A stretch of 44,247 nucleotides of DNA from Candidatus Bipolaricaulota bacterium (GTDB taxonomy: Bacteria > Bipolaricaulota > Bipolaricaulia > UBA7950 > UBA9294). Each line of letters begins with the position of its first letter. Within the stretch, counting starts at the first letter, position 1. The notes under the pieces are model-generated. The model saw nothing but the letters and a program-made list of their open reading frames with translations, had not been told where the DNA came from and ran no database searches. Positions 1-8,183 of the stretch are shown here, piece after piece. The stretch spans positions 1 to 44,247 of the forward strand of contig JAPLGE010000103.1 of NCBI GenBank assembly GCA_026390315.1, given 5' to 3'. A program made the translations under genes and the position numbers.

Positions 1-174
1 ACGATTCGGCAGCAACTCGCCTCGTCGCTGCAGAGTTGAGGCTTCTTTCGTGCCGCCTGTTTCTTCTCCACAGCCGCATCTCCGTCCGCCTACTCAGAAT
101 AGTCAGAAAAATCTGATATGGAGGATAGCGGGCGTCGCTCCGGTTATCAAGGGAGCCGACAAGGGCGAGGCGAG

Positions 175-206
175 GTCTAGCCGAATCGCCTGTCGGTCGG
201 CTAGAC
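175..206. promoter_or_regulatory. perfect 10-bp inverted repeat overlapping the putative araC-family promoter
   Basis: GTCTAGCCGA (175-184), 12 nt, TCGGCTAGAC (197-206). The right arm contains a TAGACT -10-like hexamer (202-207), 18 nt upstream of ATG 226. Confidence 0.45.
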
Positions 207-225
207 TTGTGACAGAAGGAGGCGG

Positions 226-1185
226 ATGATCGACGCACGCGACGAGAGAAGGAAGGAGTACACGGGGCGCATCAACCGGGTGATGGACTACATCACGATG
301 TACCTCGCCGGCGACCTGTCGCTCCGCACCCTTGCGCGGGTGGCGAACTTCTCGCCGTATCACTTCCACCGGCTCTTCCGCGGCATGGTCGGGGAGACCG
401 TGAACGGCTTCATCCGGCGGGTGCGAGTGGAGGGGGCCGCGTCGAAGCTACTCGGGAACCCGACGCTCTCCATCACCCGCGTCGCGACCGATTGTGGCTT
501 TGCGTCTCCGTCGTCGTTCGCGCGGGAGTTCCGAGCGTTCTTCGGAATGAGCGCGACCGAGTTCCGGGCGGGAGGGTTTCACGCCTGGAGCAAGAACCGT
601 CAAACGAAGAGCAAGTCGAGTCAACTCCTTGGCAACGCCGGCAAAGACTCAGGTGGGACGTCGGCCTACACTGAAGCTGGAACCCAACCCGAGCAAAGGA
701 GGCAGACGATGAAGATGACCGTCGAAGTGAAGGAGATGCCCGAGCTGTTCGTGGCCTACGTCCGGCACATCGGTCCGTACAACCAGATCCCCAAGGCGAT
801 CGAGAGGATCATGAAGTGGGCGGGGCCGCGTGGGCTCGTCCGGTTCCCGCAGACGCAGATCCTCGGGGTCTATCACGACGATCCGGAGATCACCGAGGTG
901 TCGAAGCTGCGCTCGAGCGCGTGCATCACAGTCCCCAAGGGGACGAAGGTCGACGGCGAGGTGGGGACGATGACGATTCCGGGCGGCCGGTTCGCCGTGG
1001 CACACTGCGAGATCGACGCCGACGAGTACGGAGCCGCGTGGGACAAGCTGATGGGCGAGTGGCTCCCCGAGAGCGGCTACCAGCCCGACGACCGCCTGTG
1101 CTACGAGATCTACCTAAACGATCCCACCACGAACCCTCAGAGGAAGCACATCGTGGACATCTGCGAGCCGGTGAAGCCGCTCTAG
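226..1185 (+). CDS. AraC/XylS-family transcriptional regulator with C-terminal GyrI-like effector-binding domain
   Basis: 319-aa ORF. N-terminal AraC HTH blocks (LSLRTLARVANFSPYHFHRLFR; GFASPSSFAREFRAFFGMSATEFR). Polar linker. C-terminal GyrI-like pattern (VEVKEMPELFVAYVRHIGPY ... YEIYLNDP). AAGGAGG SD just upstream of ATG 226. Confidence 0.85.
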   Translation: MIDARDERRKEYTGRINRVMDYITMYLAGDLSLRTLARVANFSPYHFHRLFRGMVGETVNGFIRRVRVEGAASKLLGNPTLSITRVATDCGFASPSSFAREFRAFFGMSATEFRAGGFHAWSKNRQTKSKSSQLLGNAGKDSGGTSAYTEAGTQPEQRRQTMKMTVEVKEMPELFVAYVRHIGPYNQIPKAIERIMKWAGPRGLVRFPQTQILGVYHDDPEITEVSKLRSSACITVPKGTKVDGEVGTMTIPGGRFAVAHCEIDADEYGAAWDKLMGEWLPESGYQPDDRLCYEIYLNDPTTNPQRKHIVDICEPVKPL

Positions 1186-1294
1186 GCTGTGCCGGTCCTG
1201 AGAGGGAACGGAATCGGGGCCGCGGCTCTCTTTTCGGGGGGGGGCGCGGAGCCGGAGAGACACAGGTTGGGCCCTCGCAGTGACGGAGTCCGCG

Positions 1295-3067
1295 CTAGTC
1301 CGCTCCGCCCTTCTCCCGTTTCTTCGCCCAGGCGTCCTTCAGGGAGACCGTGAGGTTGAAGACGGGTTTCCCCGGCCAGGAGTCGGGGTCGGCGCAGAAG
1401 TAGCCCTTCCGCTCGAACTGGAAGCGATCTCCGGGCTTCACCGAGGCGAGGCTCGGCTCCACCTGGCAGCCCGAGAGGACCCGGAGGGAATCGGGATTGA
1501 CATTCGCAAGCCAATCCTCGGCTCCCTCGAGCTCGAAGGGATCGGCCTTGGCAAACAGGTGGTCGTACAGACGGACCTCGGCCTCGATGGCGTGGGCGGC
1601 CGAGACCCAGTGCAGGGTCGCCTTCACCTTGCGGCCGTCGGGCGCGTCGCCGCCGCGGGTCTTGGGGTCGTAGGTCAGGTGGAGTTCGACGACCCGGCCG
1701 TCCGAGTCCTTCACGACGTCCGTGCACGTGACGAAGTACGCGTAGCGTAGGCGCACCTCGCGGCCGGGCGAGAGACGGAAGAACCCTTTCGCGGGGGTCT
1801 CCATGAAGTCGTCGCGTTCGAGGTAGAGAACTCTCGAGAAGGGCACCTTGCGCGTGCCGGCGGCCAGATCCTCGGGGTTGTTGACCGCATCGAGTTCCTC
1901 GACCTGGTCCTCGGGGTAGTTCGTGATCACGGCGCGGAGAGGATCGAGCACCGCCATGGCGCGCGGCGAGCGTTTGTTCAAGTCCTCGCGCAGGCAGTGC
2001 TCGAGGAACTCGACCTCGACGGTCCCGCCGGTCCGCGTCACCCCGATTCCGCGGGTGAACGCCCAGATGGCCTCCGGCGTGTGGCCGCGCCGACGCATCC
2101 CGCGGAGGGTTGGCATGCGCGGGTCGCTCCAGCCGTCGACGTGGCCTTCCTCGACGAGCGCACGCAGCTTCCGTTTGCTCATGACAGTGTGGCTGATGTT
2201 GACCCGCCCGAACTCGATCTGCCGCGGGCGACGGGGCACCGGCAGGTTGTCGAGGAACCAGTCGTACAGAGGCCGATGGTTCTCGAACTCGAGGCTGCAG
2301 AGAGAATGGGTGATTCCCTCGATCGCGTCGGACTGCCCGTGCGCCCAGTCGTAGGTGGGGTAGATACACCACGCGTCCCCGGTGCGGTGGTGCGTCGCAC
2401 GCAGGATCCGATACATGACCGGATCGCGCATGTTGAGGTTGGGGTGGGCCATGTCGATCTTCGCGCGGAGCGTGCGCGAGCCGTCGGGAGACTCGCCGGC
2501 GCGCATCCTCCGGAAGAGATCGAGGTTCTCCTCGACCGGCCTCGTGCGGTACGGGCTGTCCCTGCCCGGGGGCGTGACGATCCGCTCTCCATCTTGGATC
2601 GCGGTCCCGCGGTACTCGCTCATCTCCTCTCGCGTGAGATCGCAGACGTAGGCCTTGCCATGCTTGACCAGGTGCTCGGCCCAGTCGTAGAGCTGCTCGA
2701 AGTAGCCCGAGGCGAAGAACAGGCGGTCCTCCCAGTCGACGCCAAGCCAGCGCATGTCGTCGATGATCGCGTCGACGAACTCCTGCTCTTCCTTCGCGGG
2801 GTTCGTGTCGTCGAAGCGCAGGTTGAACTTCCCCCCGTGCTCGTGGGCGACGGCGTAGTTGAGGAGGAACGCCATGGCGTGGCCGATGTGGAGGTACCCG
2901 TTCGGCTCGGGGGGAAAGCGCGTGTGGACGCGCCCGCCGTTCCGGCCGGCCTGGACGTCGCTTTTGACGATCTGGCGGATGAAGTCGAGGGGCGGCCGGT
3001 CCCCGTCCCGCGGGGTCGGGGACTCCGGCTTCTCGCGTCTATTCGGGTTGGGTCGCTCTTCTCGCAT
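1295..3067 (-). CDS. glnS: glutamine--tRNA ligase (GlnRS)
   Basis: Class I HIGH-type motif [29 protein letters not shown] (KMSKS-type), plus GlnRS C-terminal anticodon-binding blocks. The track ORF runs to 3466, but homology starts at MREERPN (ATG at 3067), so I trimmed it. The 133 upstream codons look like GC-rich read-through. Confidence 0.93.
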   Translation of the reverse strand: MREERPNPNRREKPESPTPRDGDRPPLDFIRQIVKSDVQAGRNGGRVHTRFPPEPNGYLHIGHAMAFLLNYAVAHEHGGKFNLRFDDTNPAKEEQEFVDAIIDDMRWLGVDWEDRLFFASGYFEQLYDWAEHLVKHGKAYVCDLTREEMSEYRGTAIQDGERIVTPPGRDSPYRTRPVEENLDLFRRMRAGESPDGSRTLRAKIDMAHPNLNMRDPVMYRILRATHHRTGDAWCIYPTYDWAHGQSDAIEGITHSLCSLEFENHRPLYDWFLDNLPVPRRPRQIEFGRVNISHTVMSKRKLRALVEEGHVDGWSDPRMPTLRGMRRRGHTPEAIWAFTRGIGVTRTGGTVEVEFLEHCLREDLNKRSPRAMAVLDPLRAVITNYPEDQVEELDAVNNPEDLAAGTRKVPFSRVLYLERDDFMETPAKGFFRLSPGREVRLRYAYFVTCTDVVKDSDGRVVELHLTYDPKTRGGDAPDGRKVKATLHWVSAAHAIEAEVRLYDHLFAKADPFELEGAEDWLANVNPDSLRVLSGCQVEPSLASVKPGDRFQFERKGYFCADPDSWPGKPVFNLTVSLKDAWAKKREKGGAD

Positions 3068-3307
3068 CGTGCCTTCTTGGACCTGGGTTTCGGCGCCTCG
3101 TCGTCGGCTCAGTCTCCTTGGCTCCTTTGAGTCTACACGGGACCCGCGCCCCGCACCAGGCCCTTCGAGGAGCGGATCGGGCGCACGCCAAGGCGATGGG
3201 GATAATACGAAGGGCGCGGTCGCGAGTCTCAGCCGAGCTGGGCGGGGCACGCCGGCGCGCGCGCGCCTCGAGCCTACGGGAGCGCGGTGCGAGAAGGAGG
3301 TCGGAGG

Positions 3308-3923
3308 GTGAAGAAGAAGCTCGGGCGGATCCCCTACGTGTACCCGATCCCGATCGTCCTCGTAGGGGCGAACGTGAACGGGCGTCCGAACTACGCGGAG
3401 ATAGGGGACTGCGCCGTGATGGCCGTCTAGGCGGCGCTCGTCACGGTGTCCCTGCACGAGGACCACTACACCACGAAAGGGATCGTCGAGAACGGGACGT
3501 ACAGCGTCAACGTCCCGTCGACGCGGCTCCTCTCCCTCGCCGACTACTGCGGGCTCGTCTCCGGCCTCAGGGTGGACAAGTCACGGCTCTTCGAGACGTT
3601 CTACGGGGAGCTGGGGACGGCCCCGATGGCCGCGGAGTGCCCGGTTAATCTCGAGTGCCGCGTCGTTCCGCACGCTCGCGGTTGGGAAGCGCCATCTCTT
3701 CGTGGGGGAGGTCGTGGAGGCACACGTCGATGAGGAGTGGGTGAGCGAGGAGGGCGGAAGGAGGGCGATCGCCGACCTCACGCGGCTCGACCCGATCCTC
3801 TACGCCCTCGACAACCGCTACTACTCCGTGGGGAAGCCGATCGGGGTCGGATACGCGGAAGGGGAAGGGCTCGGTCGCGAAGGAAGGCAAGGTCAGACGG
3901 GTGAGCGGGCCGCCCGCCGTTGA
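3308..3923 (+). pseudogene. flavin reductase-like (FMN-binding split-barrel) protein, disrupted by an in-frame TAG and a +1 frameshift
   Basis: GTG 3308 follows a GAAGGAGG SD. Translation [40 protein letters not shown] hits TAG at 3428-3430, then continues in the same frame ([18 protein letters not shown] ... NLECRVV). The conserved HLFVGEVVEAHVDEE block is in the next frame from about 3690, so the frame switches between about 3665 and 3690. Confidence 0.6.
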
Positions 3924-4008
3924 CCGTGACGCGCGGTCGGCCGGCGGCCGCGCGTGGGCCCGGGCGGACGAGCCGCCGGGTCAGGCCGGGAGACGCAAGG
4001 AGGAGGGG

Positions 4009-5118
4009 ATGGCTGCGAGAGAAGACGTGAGCGGCGCGTTTGAGGCTTCTCTCTTCGGCGTTCTGCGAACGGTGCTGCGGCTCACGCGGCAGGATCCTCG
4101 GTTTCTCGTCCGGGTGCTGCGTGTGCTCCGCCAGCAGCGCCGCGGCGCGCGCTCGCGTGCAGCGAGCGAAGCCCGCGGCGTCCACGTGCCTCCGTTCGTC
4201 ATCTACAGCGTGACCGGCCGCTGCAATCTCGAGTGTGCTGGCTGCTACGCGAGCATCCTCCATCGCTCCAACCGGCCGGAGTTGAGCGACGAGAGGGTGG
4301 CGCGTCTGCTCGGGGAGGCGAGAGACCTCGGAGTCTCCGTCATGCTCCTCGCTGGAGGAGAGCCGCTCTTGCGGCGAGGTCTCGTCGACCTTGTCTCGGC
4401 CGTTCCGGAGATCCTCTTCCTCCTGTTCACGAACGCTCAGCTGCTTGACGACGCGGCGATCGAACGGCTTCGCAGGACTCCGCACTTGATCCCCGTTCTC
4501 AGCTTGGAAGGGAACGAGCAGGAGACGGACGAGCGGCGCGGGCGGGGGACCTACGCGCGGGTCCGTGAGGCCATGGCGCGCCTCCGAGCGCGACGCGTTT
4601 TTTTCGGCACGTCGACGACGTTGACGAGCGAGAACCTTGAGCTTGCGACGAGTGAACCGCGCCTGCGGGAACTTGTGACGTGCGGCTGCCGCCTGTTCTA
4701 CTTCATCAACTACGTGCCCGTCCAAGCGGGGACTGACCACCTACAGCCGCTGCCTGAGCAAGTGGCGGAGCTCGAGCGTCGGCTCGCTCACCACCGAAGG
4801 ACGCTCGCCGCCCTGTTCATTGCCTTCCCGCACGACGAGGTGGCGCTTGGGGGGTGCCTCGCCGCCGGAAAGGGCTTCCTGCACGTCAACGCCTACGGCG
4901 ACGTCGAGCCCTGCCCCTTCTCTCCGTATTCCGACGTGAACGTCGTCGAGACATCGCTTGAACAGGCTCTTGCCTCGCCGCTCTTCCAGAGGATCGTCTC
5001 GAGCGACGTCACCCTTGACGAGGGCGACGGCCGCTGCGCCCTGTGGAAGAGACGGGAGTGGGTGGCGAGCTTGGTGAAATCCGGAACGGAAGCGGACAAG
5101 ACAGGCGGCCGCCCCTGA
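4009..5118 (+). CDS. radical SAM protein with twitch/SPASM-type half motif (function unknown)
   Basis: CX3CX2C (GRCNLECAGC), GGEPLL, and C-terminal C-X13-G-X4-C (GGCLAAGKGFLHVNAYGDVEPC). There is no CX2CX5CX3C block. AAGGAGGAGGGG SD lies directly before ATG 4009; the track ORF start at 3901 was trimmed. Confidence 0.8.
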   Translation: MAAREDVSGAFEASLFGVLRTVLRLTRQDPRFLVRVLRVLRQQRRGARSRAASEARGVHVPPFVIYSVTGRCNLECAGCYASILHRSNRPELSDERVARLLGEARDLGVSVMLLAGGEPLLRRGLVDLVSAVPEILFLLFTNAQLLDDAAIERLRRTPHLIPVLSLEGNEQETDERRGRGTYARVREAMARLRARRVFFGTSTTLTSENLELATSEPRLRELVTCGCRLFYFINYVPVQAGTDHLQPLPEQVAELERRLAHHRRTLAALFIAFPHDEVALGGCLAAGKGFLHVNAYGDVEPCPFSPYSDVNVVETSLEQALASPLFQRIVSSDVTLDEGDGRCALWKRREWVASLVKSGTEADKTGGRP

Positions 5119-5192
5119 AAGAGCGCTCGGACACGGCCTCCCGTCAAGGGAGGGGGCAGGTGGGGCGGCGCTCGGTCGAGGAACGGTGGGAC

Positions 5193-6089
5193 CTACTGGT
5201 AGTAGATGAAGGTCCGATAGGTGGCGAGTCGCGGCTGCCAGTACGGGTTGTCCGCCTTGGGCACCCACGTCGATTCGACCTTCTTCACCCAGTTCCCCGT
5301 GGCGTCGAGCGTGTACTCGTAGGAGGTCTTGCCCGTCCCGCCGCTCGGTGCGAAGAAGAAACCGAACAGGTCTTGCCCGGTCGTCTCCGCGAGCGTCACG
5401 TTGCCGCGCTCGTCGTAGGCGAAGGTCATCGTGAAGAACGGCTGCTCGGAGCCCTGGGAGTACATGGTCGCCTCGACGGTGCGGCCGCCTGCGTCGAGCT
5501 TCTCGATGCTCCACGACGTGAGCTTCCCGTCCTTGTCGACCGTGTCGACGCGCTCCTCGCCCGGCGCGACGGTGTAGACGAGCTTCGAGGAGAGAGCGCC
5601 CGCGGCGTCGAACTCGGTCACCGTGAGGAGTCTTCCTGCCGCGTCTCGCTCGTAGACGATCTTCTTCTTGAGAGTCCCGGTCCGCGACTCGACCGTGCCG
5701 GTCGTCCTTCCCGTGGCAGGGTCCGTGGCGTAGAGGATCCGCTCGATCAGGCTTCCCGTGGGACCGTAGGTTTCCTTGCGGATGCGGATCCCGTTCTCGT
5801 AGGTGTGGGCGATGGTCGATTCCGGTCGACCCAGGGGATCGTAGCGGACCCATCCCTGAAGGAGGCCGTCGGGCCCGAAGGTGAGGCTTTCCCTCCTGAT
5901 ACGCGAACCTTCGACCGGCCCCTGCGCGCCCTGGAACAAGGCGGCCTCCTCGACGAGGACGACCGCCACGGCTCCGGCGAGATGCTGCTTCTCGCGAGTG
6001 ATCTCCGAGAGGGGGTCGGTCTCAGCGCAAGCCGCCGTTCCGGTCAGGAGCACGGCGACCGCGGCCACGACGCCGATTAGCCTTCGCAT
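5193..6089 (-). CDS. probable lipoprotein with YD/RHS-like beta-hairpin repeats
   Basis: Signal peptide ending LLTGTAAC (lipobox-like). Repeated Y-x-Y/R-D-x-x-G-R/N units (VRYDPLGRP, VYERDAAGRL, FAYDERGNV, YEYTLDATGN). GGAGG SD. Extended -10 TGCTAAGAT lies about 55 nt upstream. Confidence 0.6.
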   Translation of the reverse strand: MRRLIGVVAAVAVLLTGTAACAETDPLSEITREKQHLAGAVAVVLVEEAALFQGAQGPVEGSRIRRESLTFGPDGLLQGWVRYDPLGRPESTIAHTYENGIRIRKETYGPTGSLIERILYATDPATGRTTGTVESRTGTLKKKIVYERDAAGRLLTVTEFDAAGALSSKLVYTVAPGEERVDTVDKDGKLTSWSIEKLDAGGRTVEATMYSQGSEQPFFTMTFAYDERGNVTLAETTGQDLFGFFFAPSGGTGKTSYEYTLDATGNWVKKVESTWVPKADNPYWQPRLATYRTFIYYQ

Positions 6090-6146
6090 GGGTCCCTCGC
6101 CTCCCCGCCGAGAAGCGCGGCAAGGGCGCGCCTCTTCGCGGGCTTC

Positions 6147-6155
6147 ATCTTAGCA
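6147..6155 (-). promoter_or_regulatory. extended -10 element (TGcTAAGAT) upstream of the YD-like lipoprotein gene
   Basis: The minus strand reads TGCTAAGAT. There is no good -35 (TCGGAG at 17 nt). Position suggests the lipoprotein gene can be transcribed independently of the peptidase gene. Confidence 0.35.
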
Positions 6156-6237
6156 CACACCCGTCGGGGCTCCGAGCGCGGAGTCCCGAGTTGCCTTGCT
6201 CCCCAAGGCGAGGCCTCCGCTTGTCTCGCGGGCCCCG

Positions 6238-7248
6238 CTAGTACCAGGCGCAGGCCGCGATCCTCACCGCCTCGTCTGCAACGAGGAAGTCGACGGAGTC
6301 CGACGGCCTCCACACCTCGACGTGTGAGGGCGCGAAGTGCTGCCGGAGGACCGGCTGGAGCGCCCAGCCTCCCCGCTTGTCCAAAACCCAGGTCGAGCCG
6401 ACGGAAGCCGGCCCGATCGAACCCGAAGGTTGTCCGTCGGGTGGAACGGTCCAGGATTCAATCCAGAAGAGGATCGCGGGTGCCACGGCGGGGTCGGTCA
6501 TGTCCAGGATCTGGAAGTCGTAGCCCCAGCCCGGGTTGATGATGAGATCCTTGCGTCCCGCTTCCGCGCGGAAGCCGACGACCACGGCGTAGTGGTTCGG
6601 GAAGAGGAGGGTCTCGCCCCTCCAGTCGAAGAGGATGATGTGCGGTTTCGACGCCTTGATGAGCGCGACGGACGTGGAGAAGACGTCCTCGAGTGTGCCG
6701 AGGTTGCTCTCGAGCGTGACCCCGCGGGGGTAGCGCGCGTTGACGTAGGCCTCGAGCCCGCCGAAGAACGAGAACGGATCGGTGAACCCCTGCCTCGCAC
6801 CGCCCCAGGCGATCGTGAGGGTGTTCATCCGATCGTGGAGCTCGACGATCGCCTGCTCTGGCGCCGAGCGGACGAGGCACGCGTAGCCGAAACGGGAATC
6901 GTAGTAGGCGAGGAGCATCAAGGCGGCCGTGGGACCGCAACCTGCGGGAGTCGGCTCGGCCCCTTCGGCGGACCAGCTCGTCGGCCCGAAAGGCGGGACG
7001 CCGGTGAGGATCATCCGTCTTGGCTCGCGAGAAGGCGTGGCCGTCTGCGCGGCGCTTGTGGGGAGAGCGACGACCAGCGCGGCGAACGCCGCGAGAACGA
7101 GACAAGCGGTCCTGATTGCCGTCCCACGCGAGCGTAACCTCTGGGTAGCCTCGCGGGCCAAGGATTCTTTCGGTCGGCGTGGACAGACACGGGATTGGAG
7201 CCGGCTCCCGTCCCGGGCTTGAGTCGCCGGTCTGGCTTGGCGATGCAT
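6238..7248 (-). CDS. exported papain-fold cysteine peptidase, C39-like / BtrH-N-like family
   Basis: Hydrophobic signal segment ACLVLAAFAALVVALPTSAAQT. Candidate triad Cys (AGCGPTAALMLLAYY), His (NHYAVVVGF), Asn (LIINPGWGY). Start set at ATG 7248, which has a TAGACT -10 box 7 nt upstream. An alternative TTG at 7161 gives a shorter n-region. The track ORF start at 7416 is unsupported. Confidence 0.65.
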   Translation of the reverse strand: MHRQARPATQARDGSRLQSRVCPRRPKESLAREATQRLRSRGTAIRTACLVLAAFAALVVALPTSAAQTATPSREPRRMILTGVPPFGPTSWSAEGAEPTPAGCGPTAALMLLAYYDSRFGYACLVRSAPEQAIVELHDRMNTLTIAWGGARQGFTDPFSFFGGLEAYVNARYPRGVTLESNLGTLEDVFSTSVALIKASKPHIILFDWRGETLLFPNHYAVVVGFRAEAGRKDLIINPGWGYDFQILDMTDPAVAPAILFWIESWTVPPDGQPSGSIGPASVGSTWVLDKRGGWALQPVLRQHFAPSHVEVWRPSDSVDFLVADEAVRIAACAWY

Positions 7249-7476
7249 GACTGCAAGTCTATCGCCATCGGGGATCTTGGGGAATGGGATCCCGTCCTCG
7301 CTTGACAGGACCTGTGTTGCCGTCGGTGCGCCTCGCGATCGTGCCGGCCGTCGAGTAGCGTGGACGGCCGGAGGCCTCGGCCTGCGGGGATTCTGAGCTG
7401 GTGCGTGTTTGGACATCTTTACGGCCGGGCCCGCTGTCTCCGCGAGAAACGCGAATCTGCGGCACTTCCGGCCCCC

Positions 7477-7505
7477 TTTTCAAACCGGGTGAGTCGTGCT
7501 ATGCT
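7477..7505 (+). promoter_or_regulatory. promoter of the tetR-epimerase-DHDPS-like operon
   Basis: TTTTCA (7477-7482), 17-nt spacer, extended -10 TGcTATGCT (TG at 7497-7498, hexamer at 7500-7505). Confidence 0.5.
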
Positions 7506-7506
7506 T

Positions 7507-7530
7507 GTAAGTGACCGATCGGTAACATAC
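7507..7530. promoter_or_regulatory. candidate TetR operator (imperfect 24-bp palindrome)
   Basis: GTAAGTGACCGATCGGTAACATAC has a perfect 10-bp core ACCGATCGGT (7514-7523) and 10 of 12 arm positions pair. It lies between the -10 box and the tetR ATG at 7536. Confidence 0.55.
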
Positions 7531-7535
7531 GCGCT

Positions 7536-8183
7536 ATGGAGAATCCGGGACCGCGGAAGAGGAACAGGGAAGAGACGATGGCGAGGATCTTCCGAGTGGC
7601 ATCGGAGGCATTCGCGACCTCCGGCTTCAGCGGAACGAGCCTCAATCAGATCGCCCGCGATGCCTGCTGCAGCAAAGCGATCATCCACCGCTATTTCGGG
7701 CGGAAGGAAGACCTCTACCGCCAAACCCTGAACACGAACTACGCCGAGCTTTCGCGCCGGGAGACCGTGCAGAGCTTCCCAGCGGCATCCAGCGTCGAGG
7801 AGATGCTGCAGGTCATCCTGAAGGACCTGTTCGCGTTCAACCAGGAGAACCCCTCGTTCGCCCGGCTGGTGGCGTGGGAGAACCTCGCCGGGGCCAAGTA
7901 CCTCAAGGTGGGCGAGGCGCGAGCGGCGCGCGAGCCGGGCCTGCGGAAGCTTCGCTCCCTCCTCGATGACGCGAAGCGTCGCGGCCTCGTGCGCAGCGAC
8001 CTCAACGTGGATCACTTCGTGTACGCACTGCAGGCGCTCACGGTCGTCTACTTCTCGAACCGGCACACGATGGAGAAGCTGACCGGCATCCGTTTCGGGT
8101 CGCGGACAACCATGGAGGAGTTCATCGCATTCTACGCATCGATCTTGTCGAAGGGGATCGCGAAGGAGAAGGACCGCCCATGA
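7536..8183 (+). CDS. TetR/AcrR-family transcriptional regulator
   Basis: N-terminal HTH (ARIFRVASEAFATSGFSGTSLNQIARDACCSKAIIHRYFGRKEDLY), about 215 aa. The stop overlaps the next start (ATGA at 8180-8183). Confidence 0.85.
   Translation: MENPGPRKRNREETMARIFRVASEAFATSGFSGTSLNQIARDACCSKAIIHRYFGRKEDLYRQTLNTNYAELSRRETVQSFPAASSVEEMLQVILKDLFAFNQENPSFARLVAWENLAGAKYLKVGEARAAREPGLRKLRSLLDDAKRRGLVRSDLNVDHFVYALQALTVVYFSNRHTMEKLTGIRFGSRTTMEEFIAFYASILSKGIAKEKDRP

Noticed and set aside
1-75. A possible 5' end of a minus-strand gene running off the left edge. Candidates are GTG near 72 giving MEKKQAARKKPQLCSDEASCCRI..., or ATG in another frame. A possible plus-strand gene end at 37-39 was also considered.
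   Set aside because: It is too short to identify a family or choose between frames, so I cannot support a feature call.
118-180. A 20-codon sORF (MEDSGRRSGYQGSRQGRGEV) in the araC-family upstream region.
   Set aside because: It has no SD, an implausible composition and no supporting context. It more likely lies by chance within a regulatory region.
1182-3130. Long ORFs antisense to or overlapping glnS (1182..2372 minus in another frame, 1997..3130 plus). Similar 300-500-aa ORFs lie opposite hutI (17354..18871, 17694..18848), fabF/pheS (26690..28030), tilS (34076..35371), the rSAM/lipoprotein genes (3778..4740, 4741..5853, 5043..6080), deoC (24102..25232) and the cyclase (22529..23614).
   Set aside because: Their translations are Arg/Pro/Gly/Ala-rich low-complexity strings with no recognisable motifs. 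Each overlaps a gene with unambiguous family signatures. Long stop-free alternative frames are expected in GC-rich DNA.
3428-3430. In-frame TAG in the flavin reductase as programmed recoding (pyrrolysine or readthrough).
   Set aside because: TAG terminates several well-conserved genes in this window at the expected positions. The same gene also carries a frameshift. No pyl genes or PYLIS-like context are seen. Pseudogenisation or sequencing error is the simpler explanation.
3068-3466. N-terminal extensions proposed by the ORF track. Examples: glnS to 3466, rseP to 34398, plsC to 16196, PflX-like 2 to 44185, peptidase to 7416, cmk to 16372, ygjP-like to 43167.
   Set aside because: Homology begins at internal starts that have SD sites, promoter geometry or 4-nt coupling overlaps. 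The extensions overlap neighbouring genes or are compositionally non-protein-like.
5137-5153. Short GC hairpins in convergent or 3' gaps, considered as intrinsic terminators: CCTCCC-gtcaa-GGGAGG at 5137-5153, GCGGGC-gca-GCCCGC at 30707-30721, and CGCGAAG-gccggct-CTTCGCG at 42105-42125.
   Set aside because: The stems are only 6-7 bp and none is followed by a T-tract. Such hairpins arise easily in GC-rich sequence. The 42974-42990 hairpin followed by TTGTCTT is marginally better, but is still weak.
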